Program-made: the position numbers and the translations under genes | In this document: piece after piece, positions 36,312 through 49,160 of the stretch | Layout: each line of letters begins with the position of its first letter | Position numbering within the stretch: position 1 is the first letter of the stretch | DNA from: Fistulifera solaris | Lineage: Eukaryota | Assembly (NCBI GenBank): GCA_030295235.1 | Contig: AP026164.1 | Coordinates: 1 to 64,000, forward strand | Length of the DNA stretch: 64,000 nt | Direction of reading: 5' to 3' | Notes under the pieces: model-generated | What the model was told of the DNA's origin: nothing | The model's input: the letters and a program-made list of their open reading frames with translations, nothing else | Databases searched by the model: none

Positions 36312-36954
36312 ATGACAATCAAGGTAGAACAACCTTTCCTGCAATTGCTACTGGATCGTTCACCGCAACACTCTCCGCTGCAAGACTCCTGTTGTTGTAA
36401 CGAAAGCGATGATTATTCCGTGTCAACTTCATCGACTTTTCCCTTTTCAGATACCTCCATCTCCGACGATGATGTTGTACGCAGAGTCTCCTTTGCAGAT
36501 GAGCTTGTTTCGGAGGTTGTAACACGGCCGCGTACGCCCCTTCAAGACATCTCGCAGCTTTATTATTCGACAGAAGATATCGCATCGTAAGTCGCAGTAC
36601 TGCTTCTACGTGATTCGAGCTTTTTTCGTCCGGACATATCTCTGACAGTTTTTTTCTTTTTTTACTGCTGTTCTTTCATTCCAGATTTCGTCAAGACTAT
36701 CGCCTTGAACGAAAGCTTCTCTCTGAGTTATCGTTAGACTATTCGACAGCAAATGAAGAGCAATTGGAACGCCTGACTGCAGGCTGGTCTCCTTCTTCGA
36801 AACACTTTATTCATCGCGTGGTTGTGGTTTCTCACAATGGCGTTGAAACTTTTTCACAAAACCTTCTCAACAAGCCCCTGCTTCTTGCCAAGCTGATGAT
36901 CAAGCCTTCTTCGATAACGATTCGTTTTGGAGTGGTTCAATCACGTGGTATTAG
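36312..36954 (+). CDS. Hypothetical protein with an RVSF (RVxF) motif; intron 36587-36684; frameshift near 36852
   Basis: RRVSFADELVSEV…LYYSTEDIA|SFRQDYRLER…FFDNDSFWSGSITWY*. GTAAGT…CAG intron. Confidence 0.6.
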
Positions 36955-37497
36955 CGTGCTCGAACCAACCGTTTATCCTGCATACGCATACATACACTGT
37001 ACATGCTTTATACGTTTGCACATTCTTGGGGTTGGATACATCTGGGTGGCAGGGGCTTGAGAGACAAAAGGTTATTATTCCGTACTATTTTTGAAAAGAC
37101 ATAAATTCATACACACGAGGCTATGATTGTTTGATCTCCATGCTCTTTAATACATGGATGTTTCCCGCGCTGGGAAGATGTAAATCTTCTGTACTTGTAT
37201 CATTTAATGAACAATTATATTTATATCATTGAATTCATCAGACCTAGTCGAGCTTGAGAGGTTGAAAAGCAAGGAGGTCGTTTTCGTGTATCGTTTCACT
37301 AACTGAGTCACGTAAGCCTCTAGCGTAGGATGACAGACGTTCGCGCACGCATTGGCGCGGAAATTTCTGTGCATCCGGGTTTCATGATGACAGTAAGACG
37401 TTTGCTTATTAGTTGGAGCATCTCACTGAAATGATTGCATAGCATTTAGACTAATATCTTCTTTCGATTGAAACCCAACGATTCAGCTCTTTGAAAT

Positions 37498-38658
37498 ATG
37501 AGTAACAATGATCTCCTTCTAAGTGCTGCGCAAAAGAATCAACCTGATCGAATTCGCCAACTAGTCGAGCAACAAGGCGTCCCGGTAAATCATTCGAACG
37601 CTGTCGGGCAATCTGCGTTGCACATTGCTTGTTTGTGGGGGCATGGTACGTGCGAATGGTTTTCCTATATATCCCTTGCCTTATTCGTACATATAACTTC
37701 TGCCAATTTGAATGTCGTCTATTTTCTTACTCGTTATCCTCTCTACTCTGACTACCTCGTATGCAAACACTACGTCGCGATGATCCTACAGTCGAAGCTG
37801 TAACGGCACTTCTTGAGCTAGGTGCACCGGTAAATGCGCAGAATCGGCTAGGAAACTCAACACCGATGCATATGGCGGTTGCCGGGAGAAATCACGAGAC
37901 TATTGGAACGGTTCTCGACTTGCTTTTTGCAATACGGGGCCGATGTGAACATAACAGATGTACAAGGACAGTTGCCCTTTGATTTTTGTCCTCCGCATGC
38001 AGAATGGAAAGATAAAGTAGCACCTGCACCGCCGTTATGGTATAGTGCCCTTAAGAGAGTCGACTTAGAGGCTTTTCGATCATCTTGTGAGGATGATGCG
38101 AATCAGCTCGGTGCACCAGATAAATGGCAGTTTCGAGGATATTCGGTAGCAGATTGCATGTTTCAAATCTTTATTGAAAATGAATACGATGAGTTGTCAG
38201 TTGTTTTCCCCTTTGTGGCATTTTGGCTTAATCAACAATACACGCATACAATCCCCAACGACGAAGAGTCGTTCTTTGCACAATACATGCAGCAGCGCCG
38301 CCCACACCATCCGGAGTTGGTAAAACTACTACAACCATATTTTCCTTCTGATATGTGGCAATGGCTGCATCGCAGTGCCCGCAAAAACGATTTAGCGACT
38401 GTTCAGTATTGCATTGATGTTTTACACGTCAGCCCGAATTTACAAGGACGACAAGGCATGACAGCTCTACAGTTTGCGGCGAGATCGGGACAAATGCAAG
38501 TACTGTATTATTTGCTCGATCTTCCTATCATTGGCGTCAACATTACCGATGATCGCGGCCAGACTCCGCTGGATGCAGCACGTAGTAATCATCGTCAAGA
38601 AGCGGTGGCTGCTATCGAGCAAAAGCTAGGCCTTGTATCTAGTATCGACGAGAAATAG
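37498..38658 (+). CDS. Ankyrin repeat protein; intron 37646-37791; frameshift near 37926
   Basis: GQSALHIACLWGH, STPMHMAV, GMTALQFAARSG and GQTPLDAA. Confidence 0.85.
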
Positions 38659-39357
38659 AAAGGGGATAGATCACTAAGACTTCGATTGTGGCTCAGAGCC
38701 AACGTGGGATGACAATCTACACTTCCGCGATTATCTATATTCAAAATGTAGATCATCCGTAGTCTAGGACCATGCGTTATCTGTCCCAATCTTCTCACTC
38801 GATCAGTCCTTTCTGTGTACTCAGCCCGATGATGATAGCTAGTTGAGGTTTAACACGACATGCTTGTATCGCTGGCTAAGATGACCTATTGTCTAGTTTG
38901 TTTTCGTCGCATAAGAAAACATCAACACATGCTGACTACATAGTATTGTAGGGAGTATGACGTAGCACCACCAAGTAGATTGTGAGCAGAAACTTCTTTT
39001 CCTTGGCTCCTGTCAGTGCAATAGTTATGTTTTGTAGGTCAACTTGCACTATAGTATTGGGTCGCTCTAGTTCGTTTCTAAATAGTGCGTCGTCGCATCG
39101 TTACCCGTGAGAAAGTCTTTGTGTCTTGTCGTCATAAGACTGATTGCCAAGACTGAGATCTTGCGTAGTATCTTTCAGAATAGCGATAATAGTACCGAAT
39201 CAGTCGTTTGGAATGACCGTAAGGTAAACAAATGACCCTGCCGATCGAGAAATAAAACAATAAGCGAGGCTAAAATCTTTTTTTCATTCTATTCTTTCAG
39301 CCATCTCTTGACTTCCATCGTCACAACCAAGACAACAGCAAACAAAACGCTCTCAAA

Positions 39358-40161
39358 ATGGCCACTACAGCAGAAGACGAAGAAGCGAAACGCCTTATGG
39401 GTGAATGGGGTCTCGACAAAGAGGACATCCAAGTCGACGATGTCCCCGACGACGATGACGACATTCACACCTTCGATGATTACATGGAACAGTATCGTCG
39501 TGAAGATTGTGTTCCGCATGATGATGAGCTCGATCATATTATTCTAGGAACTAACAATTTGGAAGAAGCTCTAAAGCAGTTCTACGAAATGACTGATCTC
39601 AAACCGATCATGGTCGTTTCGTTGAAAGGCGTCGGCACAAAGAGTGCTCGCCTTGCATTCGAGTCTTGTCAGTTCTTGGAGATTATGGGCCCGGATCCAG
39701 CACACATGGGAATGCCTCTAGCCAAGAAACTTGCGGCGCTTCCCGACGGTGAATTGGTGCCCTTTCATTACGCCATTCGCTCGAAAGACAAGATGAAGGC
39801 CGAAATCTGGAAAGAATGTGACTTGACGTGCGACAAAGTCACCATGGTTTCTCAAGATCGAGGATCGGCATGGACTTGGACCATGGCTATCCTAGAAGGA
39901 CATGATCAAGGTGGTCTTGTTCCTTACTTAGTTGACTGGGGTGAGTCGAAACATGCGGCAGCTCGATTGCCGGTCATTGGTTCGTTAGACTCCCTCAAGG
40001 TCACAAGTGGCTCCGATAGTCCTGTTCACACACTCTTGGACGGTATCGGACGTGTGACGGTAGCTACAGGTAAATCTTCCTTGGAATTAACTTTCACCAG
40101 TGCCAAAGGAAAGCATACCTTCAAGACACTTGTTCCGGGAGGAATTGAATTTCCCAAGTAA
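39358..40161 (+). CDS. VOC/glyoxalase-like (Glyoxalase_3-type) protein with acidic N-terminus
   Basis: LDHIILGTNNLEEA, GTKSARL, FLEIMGPDP and GLVPYLVDWG. Confidence 0.75.
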   Translation: MATTAEDEEAKRLMGEWGLDKEDIQVDDVPDDDDDIHTFDDYMEQYRREDCVPHDDELDHIILGTNNLEEALKQFYEMTDLKPIMVVSLKGVGTKSARLAFESCQFLEIMGPDPAHMGMPLAKKLAALPDGELVPFHYAIRSKDKMKAEIWKECDLTCDKVTMVSQDRGSAWTWTMAILEGHDQGGLVPYLVDWGESKHAAARLPVIGSLDSLKVTSGSDSPVHTLLDGIGRVTVATGKSSLELTFTSAKGKHTFKTLVPGGIEFPK

Positions 40162-40593
40162 TTCAGGCGAGACCAAAGAGTAAGAACTATGAAATAGGTA
40201 TATTCGTTTTGTGAAGTAATTGAATCTCATAACAGGTATAAAATTTATCTAGGGTATAAATGTTTCTGTGCGTTATGTTACACAGACTTTTGGAATTTTC
40301 CTCTGTTTTTGGGAGCGGACAAAAGGAGGAGTCTTGCTTACGATCGGGTTTGTGACGGTTGTTGCAAGCAAACCATAGAGCAATCACTTTCCGACATCCC
40401 ATTCTACAACATCTAGATAACTTAGACATGGAATTACGAGAAACGAGAAGTTCGGTTTATGGTACAAGTACAATATTCTATGAATCTTTCACTCGCAACA
40501 ATAGCTGGTATTGCAAACCGATTCGTACAAAGAGAAGCGAGTCACGATGCTGCTCATCCGTTTTTTTTGCTTAAATCTTTAACGAAATCCTCT

Positions 40594-41537
40594 TTAGAAG
40601 TTTGACACCGAGTCACGGCCCACTGGGATTTGTATAAGTGGACTTAGCATGACAGAGCTCACATCGGTCGTGGAACAATTCTCCAAACGTGTCAAAGCAA
40701 ATGGTTTATTTTGAAATTTCGACGGAGATTGAGTGCCAGTGCTAGTTGATTTCCTTTGATCCTGTCCACTTGCTGCGTGATGGTGGTAATTGGGTGCGTA
40801 TTGTGCATTTAGAATAGACCGCTCTTCGTCTTCATCTTCCTCATTGTTTTGATTTTTATCGATCGATCGTTTCGTGTTTTTCGGATTACATAATAGCTTG
40901 ATAACTAGTGGGTGCTCTCCAAGCTTCTTTGCCACCATCCAGTGTTCCAACGCTTCCGTCGTCTCCGTCATGATCGTCATCGAATCGAATACTTGATCAA
41001 CAATTTTGTATAGTTGCCGGACAGTGAATGTCTCGTCTCCGAAATAGGCCGCGGTCGCACAAATACCTTAAGTAAAGAAAAGAAAGAAAAAGAAGCGAGT
41101 GAGTGAGTGAGTGAGTTTGTTCACGACAGTCTCAATTTCTGCGAGGATAAAAACGTACTTTTAAGAATTAGAACTGTTTCCTGAGATGTGACGGCATCAT
41201 TCGTATCGATGATTGCGAAGCAAAACTGTAATACTTGTTCCATTGATTCACCGGGACAGCACAAGGGCGCCAATGATAGACTGTAATCCAAGCAAGGTAC
41301 TTTCCCATCTCCTTTAAGATCCCACATAGTACAAAGCAGTGTCAGAATGTCTCTGTCTGTGACGGAAGTAATCTTCGCATGCTGTAAGGCAGCATGGAAG
41401 TGATTCCGTGAAAAGCAACGTGTCCCACGCGCCAATTGTTTACAAGCTATGTGTAAATCCATGACTTGATGCTTGGTGAGTCGCATGTATTTGGCGACAT
41501 GCGGCGTAGCCAATTGATTGGAATGATTGTTTCCCAT
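40594..41537 (-). CDS. EF-hand protein (calcineurin B/recoverin-like), possible N-myristoylation; intron ~41068-41157
   Basis: MGNNHS start; WDLKGDGKVPCLDY; FCFAIIDTND; spliced continuation SICATAAYFGD. Confidence 0.65.
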
Positions 41538-42142
41538 TATGATTTCTGAATATAAAGCTACCGTGTGCTCGTTTGCTGTTTACGATCTCTGACAAAATGT
41601 ATTTGAATGCTGTTTGTTGCTTGTTGGCTATCGTGTTCTGGTTCTCGATGCTGGTCAACTACGGAGAATACATATCTTTCGAACGAATGATGGGATGTAA
41701 AGAACATGAAAAAAGTGTGCGTTTGCAGCTCAACGGCTTGGCCACAAAATGCTCGAAGAAATTGTGTCGGTGATGTCAAACTCCGGTACTCAAGATCATA
41801 GAGGTGTGTACCATGGAGTTAGCGGTGGGTGTGTCTTCAACGTATGTCGTCTACATAAAACTTTTAGTGACGCGGAGTCTAAAGGGCCCAGAGCATACGA
41901 CACAACACACGACTAACGGCAACGACTCGTGACTCGTGATCAGAAATGAGCCTTTCGTCTGTCCGCGATCCACGTCGCTATAATCTACTCCGTATTGCAG
42001 GCAGCATCGCATTCTTTTGCGTCAAACTACAAACTACTGGTACCAGGGATCAATCACAAATCTATCATCTATCATCTCTTCTTTGCAAAGCAGCCTTCAT
42101 TCCTTTTATTCTCTTTTGTTGTTGTACTCGTCAGCTGTAAGA

Positions 42143-42541
42143 ATGCTTACTTCTTTATCCTTAGCGTGCAAAACCGTGCAACGAAATGTGCTAAATAGAT
42201 CACAACAGCCACAACAACTCTTTCAACAGCAACAAGTTCGATTCATGGCAACGAAAAAAGCCGGAGGTTCGACAAACAACGGCCGCGATTCTGCCGGACG
42301 ACGTCTAGGTATTAAAGTTTGGCCCAATACATCGTGTCAAGCAGGAGCCATTCTTGTACGACAACGCGGACAAACCTTTCGAGCGGGCGAAAATGTAGGA
42401 ATGGGTCGCGATCACACGCTCTTCGCCAAAGTAACCGGCCAGGTTAAAATGACAAAAATGATGAGTAATCGTAACGAAAAGCGTAATGTGGTGCATATTA
42501 TTCCAGCAGAGACGTTGGGTACAGCGCACGATACTGTGTGA
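42143..42541 (+). CDS. MRPL27: Mitochondrial ribosomal protein bL27m
   Basis: Presequence followed by [23 protein letters not shown]…ILVRQRG…[14 protein letters not shown]. Confidence 0.92.
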   Translation: MLTSLSLACKTVQRNVLNRSQQPQQLFQQQQVRFMATKKAGGSTNNGRDSAGRRLGIKVWPNTSCQAGAILVRQRGQTFRAGENVGMGRDHTLFAKVTGQVKMTKMMSNRNEKRNVVHIIPAETLGTAHDTV

Positions 42542-42725
42542 GAATATAAATCGACAAGATTATAACATTTCGGTTTTTAATCGCTATCAAAAAATATGCA
42601 GATCGTACTGTTGCTCATCGGGGAACTGGCTTTCAAAGATTCAAAGGAGGTTCATGTTCTTCCCCTTTGTTCACGTGCAGGAGCGGCTGATACGTACTAA
42701 TTGTCATAAAGCTGCGTCGCCCTCT

Positions 42726-44236
42726 TTACATGAACATGTTGGAGTTGAATGAGTTCGGGGGTTCCAAGTGATCTGGATTAGGTTCGCCCGGTAACTGTTT
42801 GCGACTACTTCCACGTCCTCGGGGATCCCCTTCCGGGGGTCGTTGTCGTCGAGGGTCACCCACTACTGGTCCGAAGGGATCGAAGCGGGGTTGCATCGAC
42901 ATAGCACCATGGCTGCCATTCGCTTGGAACATGGGATGATCGGGACCCATAAGGTTGCCTGGGTAAATACTCTGCATTGGAAATTGGGGACTGGGGTACA
43001 AGTCACCAGCAAAATCACCAGGGTGATGAGGCACTGGCGGACTGAGATAAAACGTCGGCCGTCCATCCGGGCCAACCGCTTCGAAACTGGGCCGCGTCTC
43101 CAGCACTGTTGCAGTGTGAGTCGGAAGAGGCGGCGGCACGGACTGACGTGTGGGTAGAAAAGCGACCGTACTATCAACGTAAGGCTCCTTCTCCAAATTC
43201 TCCATCTTGTACTGCCCCAAGTCAAAGACTCTCCCAAACTGCGACAACAAGTCTGCTATTTGCTTGTAATGCAATATAGGTTCGCTCGGTTTCGTCGCTT
43301 TTGCAAATGAATCTAAATTGAAATGTTGGGATAGTGGAAAGGACAAAGTGGGAGCGTCTTGCGTAGTAGCACTATCACTTTTGCTGTTGGGTTCTTGCGA
43401 CAAGATAACATGCAATGTTGGCTCCTGGCTTGTTTCGGTAGGCTGATTTTCTAAGCGTACCGTCAAAAGAATACTCGATCATTTCGATAACGCAATGTGA
43501 TTTGTTCTTTGTCGGGGACCCACGGCTGCGGGAGAAATGTTGTTAAAGGGCGTACCGGCGCCGCAAATCCAGTCGAAGGCGCGGTCTCTGGAATCCCGGT
43601 ACAAACAAAGCCATGTTGCAACAGAACGGCATGCAACAAAAGCACTATAGCTTCCGATGGTTCTTTGACACGAACACGTTGCTCCGCAAGAGTCGTAATA
43701 GCAGCCTGTGTCATTTCTTTCCCCCATGCCGTTGTTGTCGTTCCGCGTGAGCTATCGATATCATTGCCGTTCTCGTTAACATTTGAATCAGCAATTACGT
43801 CTTCCCAGTCGTCCATATTTGTGTCGTCGTTCGTGTAATCTGCGGAACGCATAAAAGAAGAAGACTTGTTTGAGTCAGATAACAAGAAAACGCGTTTCTC
43901 TTGTTCGTTGAAATCGATGCTGTCGCCGTTTAAATGATTGAACTCGTTCGTCGAGGAAGTTGTTGACACAAATGCTGATGTTTTCGCCTTCTGTTGCTGA
44001 AATTTCTGATGTAACACACGATCTCTAGCACGCTGTCGCAATTCACGATCGATTCCTTGCAGAGCCGCAGCAATCGCTGGATTCTGTTCGTTCTGGTCGC
44101 TTTGATTGCTGAACAAAGGACACTTTAAAATGTAATCTCTAAGCAAATACAAGTCCCTGTCTTCTTCATTCATGATATCGCTGATGTTATAGTTGTTTGT
44201 CATGTTATTCTCTTTAAAAGGAATGGATCTTTTCAT
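42726..44236 (-). CDS. PSMF1: Proteasome inhibitor PI31-like protein (frameshift near 43466)
   Basis: FP-domain-like AIVLLLHAVLLQHGFVCTG. Pro-rich tail GNLMGPDHPMF, PRFDPFGP, GEPNPDHLEPP…NMFM*. Confidence 0.8.
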
Positions 44237-44987
44237 GAGAAGAACGAGATAAATGAATGCATGAGAAAGTTTGCGGATGTGCCTGTACCATCAGTACTGG
44301 AGTCTACGTACAAGATGACCCACCCTCTGAAAAATGTTTTGATGAGAACTGTCATGAATAAGATATCTCATAGGGGTCGGGGTATTCTAAAGAGGGCCAA
44401 GGGGATCAAACAAGTAGTAGCCCATGCTTGCACAATTTGATCTTTAAAATCGTTTCGATAAATGCGTCTTTAATTGATATTTCCAGGCCAGAGTCTCCCG
44501 TCATTAATACACCTAAAACTGCAGGTTAAACGTTACCACGACTGCTTTTAGTCATGAGTCGACAACGTTGCGGAAGTCGCAAATACGATGCATCAAGCCT
44601 CACTATAAGCCTCGCCTATTTCCTAACATTGCTTACTTCCAATGAGCGCAACTATTATTGTTCTTTTACAATCAATTCGTAGATGGGTGTTGGCGAAATT
44701 ATTGCCAACCAGACTGTCCCATCGATCACTGTAGCGCCAAGTGTAGGCTTAACTTCAACAAGACTGCACTTCAGTCACGAGTCATGAATATTATACACCG
44801 AGCAGACACCGAGTAGTATAATAACAGTGCTATCTATGACTAGGTGCCAAGTACAACTTCAGTGCTCGAAAACGCCGGACAAATCTTTCTTTCGTTGCGC
44901 CAGTAATGGTGTTGCGTTATGCAGAAAGTTACAACTTATTTGGTCCCCGTCACGTAAACTCGAAAAATGAAGTTTTTAGAGATGCAA

Positions 44988-46479
44988 CTACTCCGTTAAC
45001 TGGTTTTGAATCCATTTTAGGATCGCTGCTGATGTCATTTGACCTGTATACAAGACCGGTCTTCGTTCTTTTGACAACACCAAATACAACGTCGGTGTTA
45101 CTTCTACTTCAAAGCCGGCTTCTTCCATGGCAGGAGTAGGCTGATCCACAGTAATGTCATACCGTGCTACCTGTATATTGTGATTTAGAGCCGAATCTTC
45201 ACCGTGCTTCACAACACTAATGACTTGTTCCATGGTTGGCGCAAAGTCTTGACAGGCACCACACAACGGCGAATAAAATTCCAGCAACAGCACGGTTGAG
45301 AGAGTCTCTATAACGTCGAAAAATGAGACAGCCGTCAATTCGTAATCACATTCCAAACAGTCAATCGTCGGCAATTCGAAAGCAACATTCTGTTGAATGG
45401 CTTCTAGTCTCATTCTATCCAGTTTTTCCAAATGATGATGCATCCCACATTCTGTTTGATTTAAACCCACAAATCGTCCACTCCGTTCAGCCGCTGTACT
45501 CGCAACCGCTCGTGTTGTCATGGTATCGCCAATGCTTTTGTATCCCCGATCGTGTAGCGGATTGTACGGGACATCGTGTTCCTGCAAATAGCTCCAGACT
45601 TGTTCGTAGGTCCAATCGGCCAACAAATTGACTTTCAGACGCTTGGGTCGGTCGGAAACATCTTCTTTATCAAAGTCCTCCCATTCTACAAATTGTAACT
45701 GACTCCGTTCATCTCCTTGGTCACGACGTCGTCCCGTAAACCAAACATGCGCCTGCAATTCGTCCAAGGCTCGTTGCAAGGGCTCCACTTTCGAATAATA
45801 AGCGTATTTTTCGGGATCGGTGCGATACAAATTATCACCGCCGTAAAATGCATCAAAGGCTTGCCGTGTGGGTGTTGCACTACCAGGCACCTTGGGTGTG
45901 TAAACACGCAAATCCAGATCCGGATAATGTTCTTGTACGGTATCGTAGAACTGATAGGTTTCCGGGAAAAGATGCAAGGTATCAATCGTTACAACGGTGA
46001 TCAGCGATAACACATTCATCTGTGCCATGACATCGAGTAAGACCATTCCGGTAGACCCAAGACTGGTGACTGAGATAACTTTGTGCTGTGGCTGTTGCTC
46101 GTAAATCCAGTAATTCAGTCGCTCTCGTAAGGAAAGAGGCGATAAATAGTCATTGAGTTGTTGCAGCGTTTCAAGAGAAGGCGGAAAAGCATTTAGTAGA
46201 GGAGCTTTTCGTTGAGAAATCCTTGAAAAAGGTGTTGGAATCTGTATCAGTCGAACGGCGAAAAAAGGCAAGAAAAAAGAAAGCCAACAAAATCCCTCTG
46301 GTCAATCGTCGCCGGCGTTGATAAAATATGCACAATCGTTGATAGAGAATGATTACGAGCGAAAGTCGTTGAGATGCTTGATGAATGCTTTGACTGTGAT
46401 GATGATGATGCTGTTGTTGATTGTAATTATTTATTCTTGTCGGTTGCGAATATTGATAGTGCTGTCTCGGATGCTTCAT
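44988..46479 (-). CDS. PAPS reductase (Met16-like) with N-terminal signal-anchor and C-terminal thioredoxin domain (homopolymer frameshift near 46263)
   Basis: SLGSTGMVLLD, DTLHLFPETY, KVEPL, TGRRRDQG, PYNPLHDRGYKSIGD and ERSGRF…TECGMH; thioredoxin LEFYSPLCGAC; N-terminal RRRRLTRGILLAFFFLAFFAV. Confidence 0.85.
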
Positions 46480-47010
46480 TGCATTATTTACTCCGTAGCA
46501 TGAAAGAAGATCGACCACAATTTATAACAAGAAGGCAGGCAATTCTGGGCTTGTAAGGCTTCAAATCGAATTTGATTTCCTCCGTAGTCTAACTTTGAAA
46601 GCGAAACGTTGTATACAGGAGGAAAGATAGAATAGAATGGGGAAATAATAAGGTGCAATAATAGGAATGGAAGTTTTCCTAGATGCATGGCAGTATATTT
46701 TTTGTCGGTGCAGAGGAGACCCGGATGCTTTCAATCCCGACCTTACTAAGTTTGTCACAATATTACCGCCAATCTTACATTGAAATAGGTTTATCATACC
46801 AAGAAAATTTGAAGACCCGGGTGTTTTGACGAATGGAATTGTTTTTTACGAAGTCTCCACAGCAAAAACCTTGTTATCTACCACTAATGAGGCCTTTATT
46901 ATCAATCGCTTACGGTTCAGGAATCAACCTATCGTCATCCTCAGTTGGTGCTATTTTATTGTGGTCGTAAGGCATGATTCTGGTAAGATTTAGTTAGGGT
47001 GTTGCCTACC

Positions 47011-48120
47011 TTACACTCGTTGCTTCGACTTGAATGTTAACATTTCATCGCCTATTTCAGAATAGCCGTGGTCGTACAAAGGATTGTAAGGAATACGGTT
47101 GGTTCTCACGTAGTTCCATATCTGCGCATTCGTCCAGTATGCCAACGGATTGATCTTTAGTCGACCCGCATTGTCTAGTTCGAAACAGCGCAATTCTCCA
47201 TTTCGTGTGCTTTCACGTGTGTCAGCCGTCAGATACACGGGCACATTCTCCAATGCCCGTTCTAAAGGTTCTGTAATAGTCAAATAGTCATACCGCGATC
47301 TATCCTTTCTCCAGATATTTCCGAAGTGTTTGTCGAACGCTTGTTTCTCGGTGAATCCGAAAGGTTGATAGAACTGATAGTTCACATCTTTGTAATAATT
47401 TTGAATCCGTTGAATCAAATGATAGGTTTCCGCAAATTGGTGCAAAGAATCCATGGAAACGACGGGAAGGAGCAATTCGTGCTGGTGTGTTTCCGCTAGC
47501 AGAACCATGCCGTGCACGGTAAATTGATTCCATTGCACAACGTTGTACCTCTGTTGTCTCAGCCATTCAAGGATACCAGCTGTCGCACTATTCATTGCGG
47601 CATCTTCATTCGTATTACCGGGACACAATTGTTCATTCAGTAGATCTAAATCTTGTATCGTGGGCGGCATATTGTGAAGGGATTTGTAGCGTCTCAAGTT
47701 CGAAGAGGAGGGCGCCGATAGGGAAGTCTTGAACTTGGACTGTGTAGAATTACTGTGCAGTAACATGTCCTTCCGATCCCAACGTAGGAATAAGACAGTC
47801 GGAACGATCAAGCATACCATCAAGAATAGTCCACGAGTCAGACAAGAGGGCAGTAGGGGACGAGACTCGCAGGGGTAGCGTATTGGTTTGTGAGGGCGAG
47901 TACCACGTCGTAAGGTAGTTGAAACCAAACCATCCGTAGATGCCGTGCGAACAACACTGCTACGGTTACAAGTACCGTTGATGTTGTTACCGATGATGCT
48001 ATTGTGACTATTGCTTTTTGGGCTAGGATGAGGACTCTGATGCAAGGGTAATAAAGCCGGTTCTCTACGAGAATTCGGTCCCCAAGAGACATTTCGCTTC
48101 ACTGGGCTTGTCACTTGCAT
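47011..48120 (-). CDS. Degenerate PAPS-reductase-like protein with N-terminal signal-anchor
   Basis: TM LTRGLFLMVCLIVPTVLFL; DSLHQFAETY; YDYLTITEPL; KINPLAYWT…IPYNPLYDHGYSEIGD. Ends before the ECG motif. Confidence 0.8.
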   Translation of the reverse strand: MQVTSPVKRNVSWGPNSRREPALLPLHQSPHPSPKSNSHNSIIGNNINGTCNRSSVVRTASTDGLVSTTLRRGTRPHKPIRYPCESRPLLPSCLTRGLFLMVCLIVPTVLFLRWDRKDMLLHSNSTQSKFKTSLSAPSSSNLRRYKSLHNMPPTIQDLDLLNEQLCPGNTNEDAAMNSATAGILEWLRQQRYNVVQWNQFTVHGMVLLAETHQHELLLPVVSMDSLHQFAETYHLIQRIQNYYKDVNYQFYQPFGFTEKQAFDKHFGNIWRKDRSRYDYLTITEPLERALENVPVYLTADTRESTRNGELRCFELDNAGRLKINPLAYWTNAQIWNYVRTNRIPYNPLYDHGYSEIGDEMLTFKSKQRV

Positions 48121-48888
48121 GATGATGAGGAAAATAGGACACTTCTGAGTCTTTTTGCTCACGGCTACTCTTCCTCTCAACGCAACTGATTGTAGTGAAA
48201 AGAGACAGTGCTCTCGCTCCTGGCTATTACGAGCAATCGGATCGGTTGCTTTGCTATTCTCAGATATTCTTTGCTAGCTTCAATGACCTTGTTGTTGCGC
48301 GCTCGTATAGCTTAAAATGGCTCTTTTGCGCTTGCTGGTATCTCTAAAAGTTACAATAAAGGACTGCAAAGCAACTCGGATAGTATAACTTGTCTTCTCT
48401 TGATTCATCGGCGAAAGTGCAATGGTGTTTTGCAACGAGGCGCACTTTGTGGCATCCAAGACTTCGATGCTTCGATGGCATCTTGTCGATGACTTTTTGA
48501 ACTATAACTTGTCTGGTGTCTTTTCGCAGCCGCTACGACATCAAATATACACTGAATATTATTTATCAGCTGTAGTATAGTGTTAATGTGAAGATTTGTC
48601 AGATCGGTTCCGACACGCCACAGTTTACTAGAGAGAGAGATTTTAGTTAGAGGTTCATACAAAGTAATGAAGTGGGAATGGGGAGAAAGAAGAGGGCAAT
48701 TGCGACTTCTTTATTATGACTGCAAATGGCGACTACTCGTGACTCGCAACCCGAAAGGCTCGGCCAAGATCGATGCGGCCAGTCACAAATTATTGCGGAT
48801 CTCTTTTGTTTCGCTGCCTTGCTATTATTCTCTAAACCATTTTGGAACAATCATTTCATGACACTTGACCTTGACGCATCATCAAAGT

Positions 48889-48889
<1 letters not shown>

Positions 48890-48921
<32 letters not shown>
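48890..48921. repeat. (AG)n microsatellite
   Basis: About 15 AG units. Confidence 0.95.
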
Positions 48922-48925
<4 letters not shown>

Positions 48926-49160
48926 AGATTCAGTCAAATACATGAAATTGAGGTTTCGTCGTTTTCAGCATCGAAGAAAACGTTTTCAATGCGGACCTTT
49001 ACAAATTAAAAGCTTACTGTAGAACAAAAGGCGAAAAGGTTGGTTACATCATATAGTTAATCACTCTTAAGGAAAAGACGACGTCAGGGGCTCTCAGTCC
49101 ACATGCGCTTAAAATGGGTTCATTAGCAATCAAAAGTAAAACTCCCGTCTGTATTCCTTT

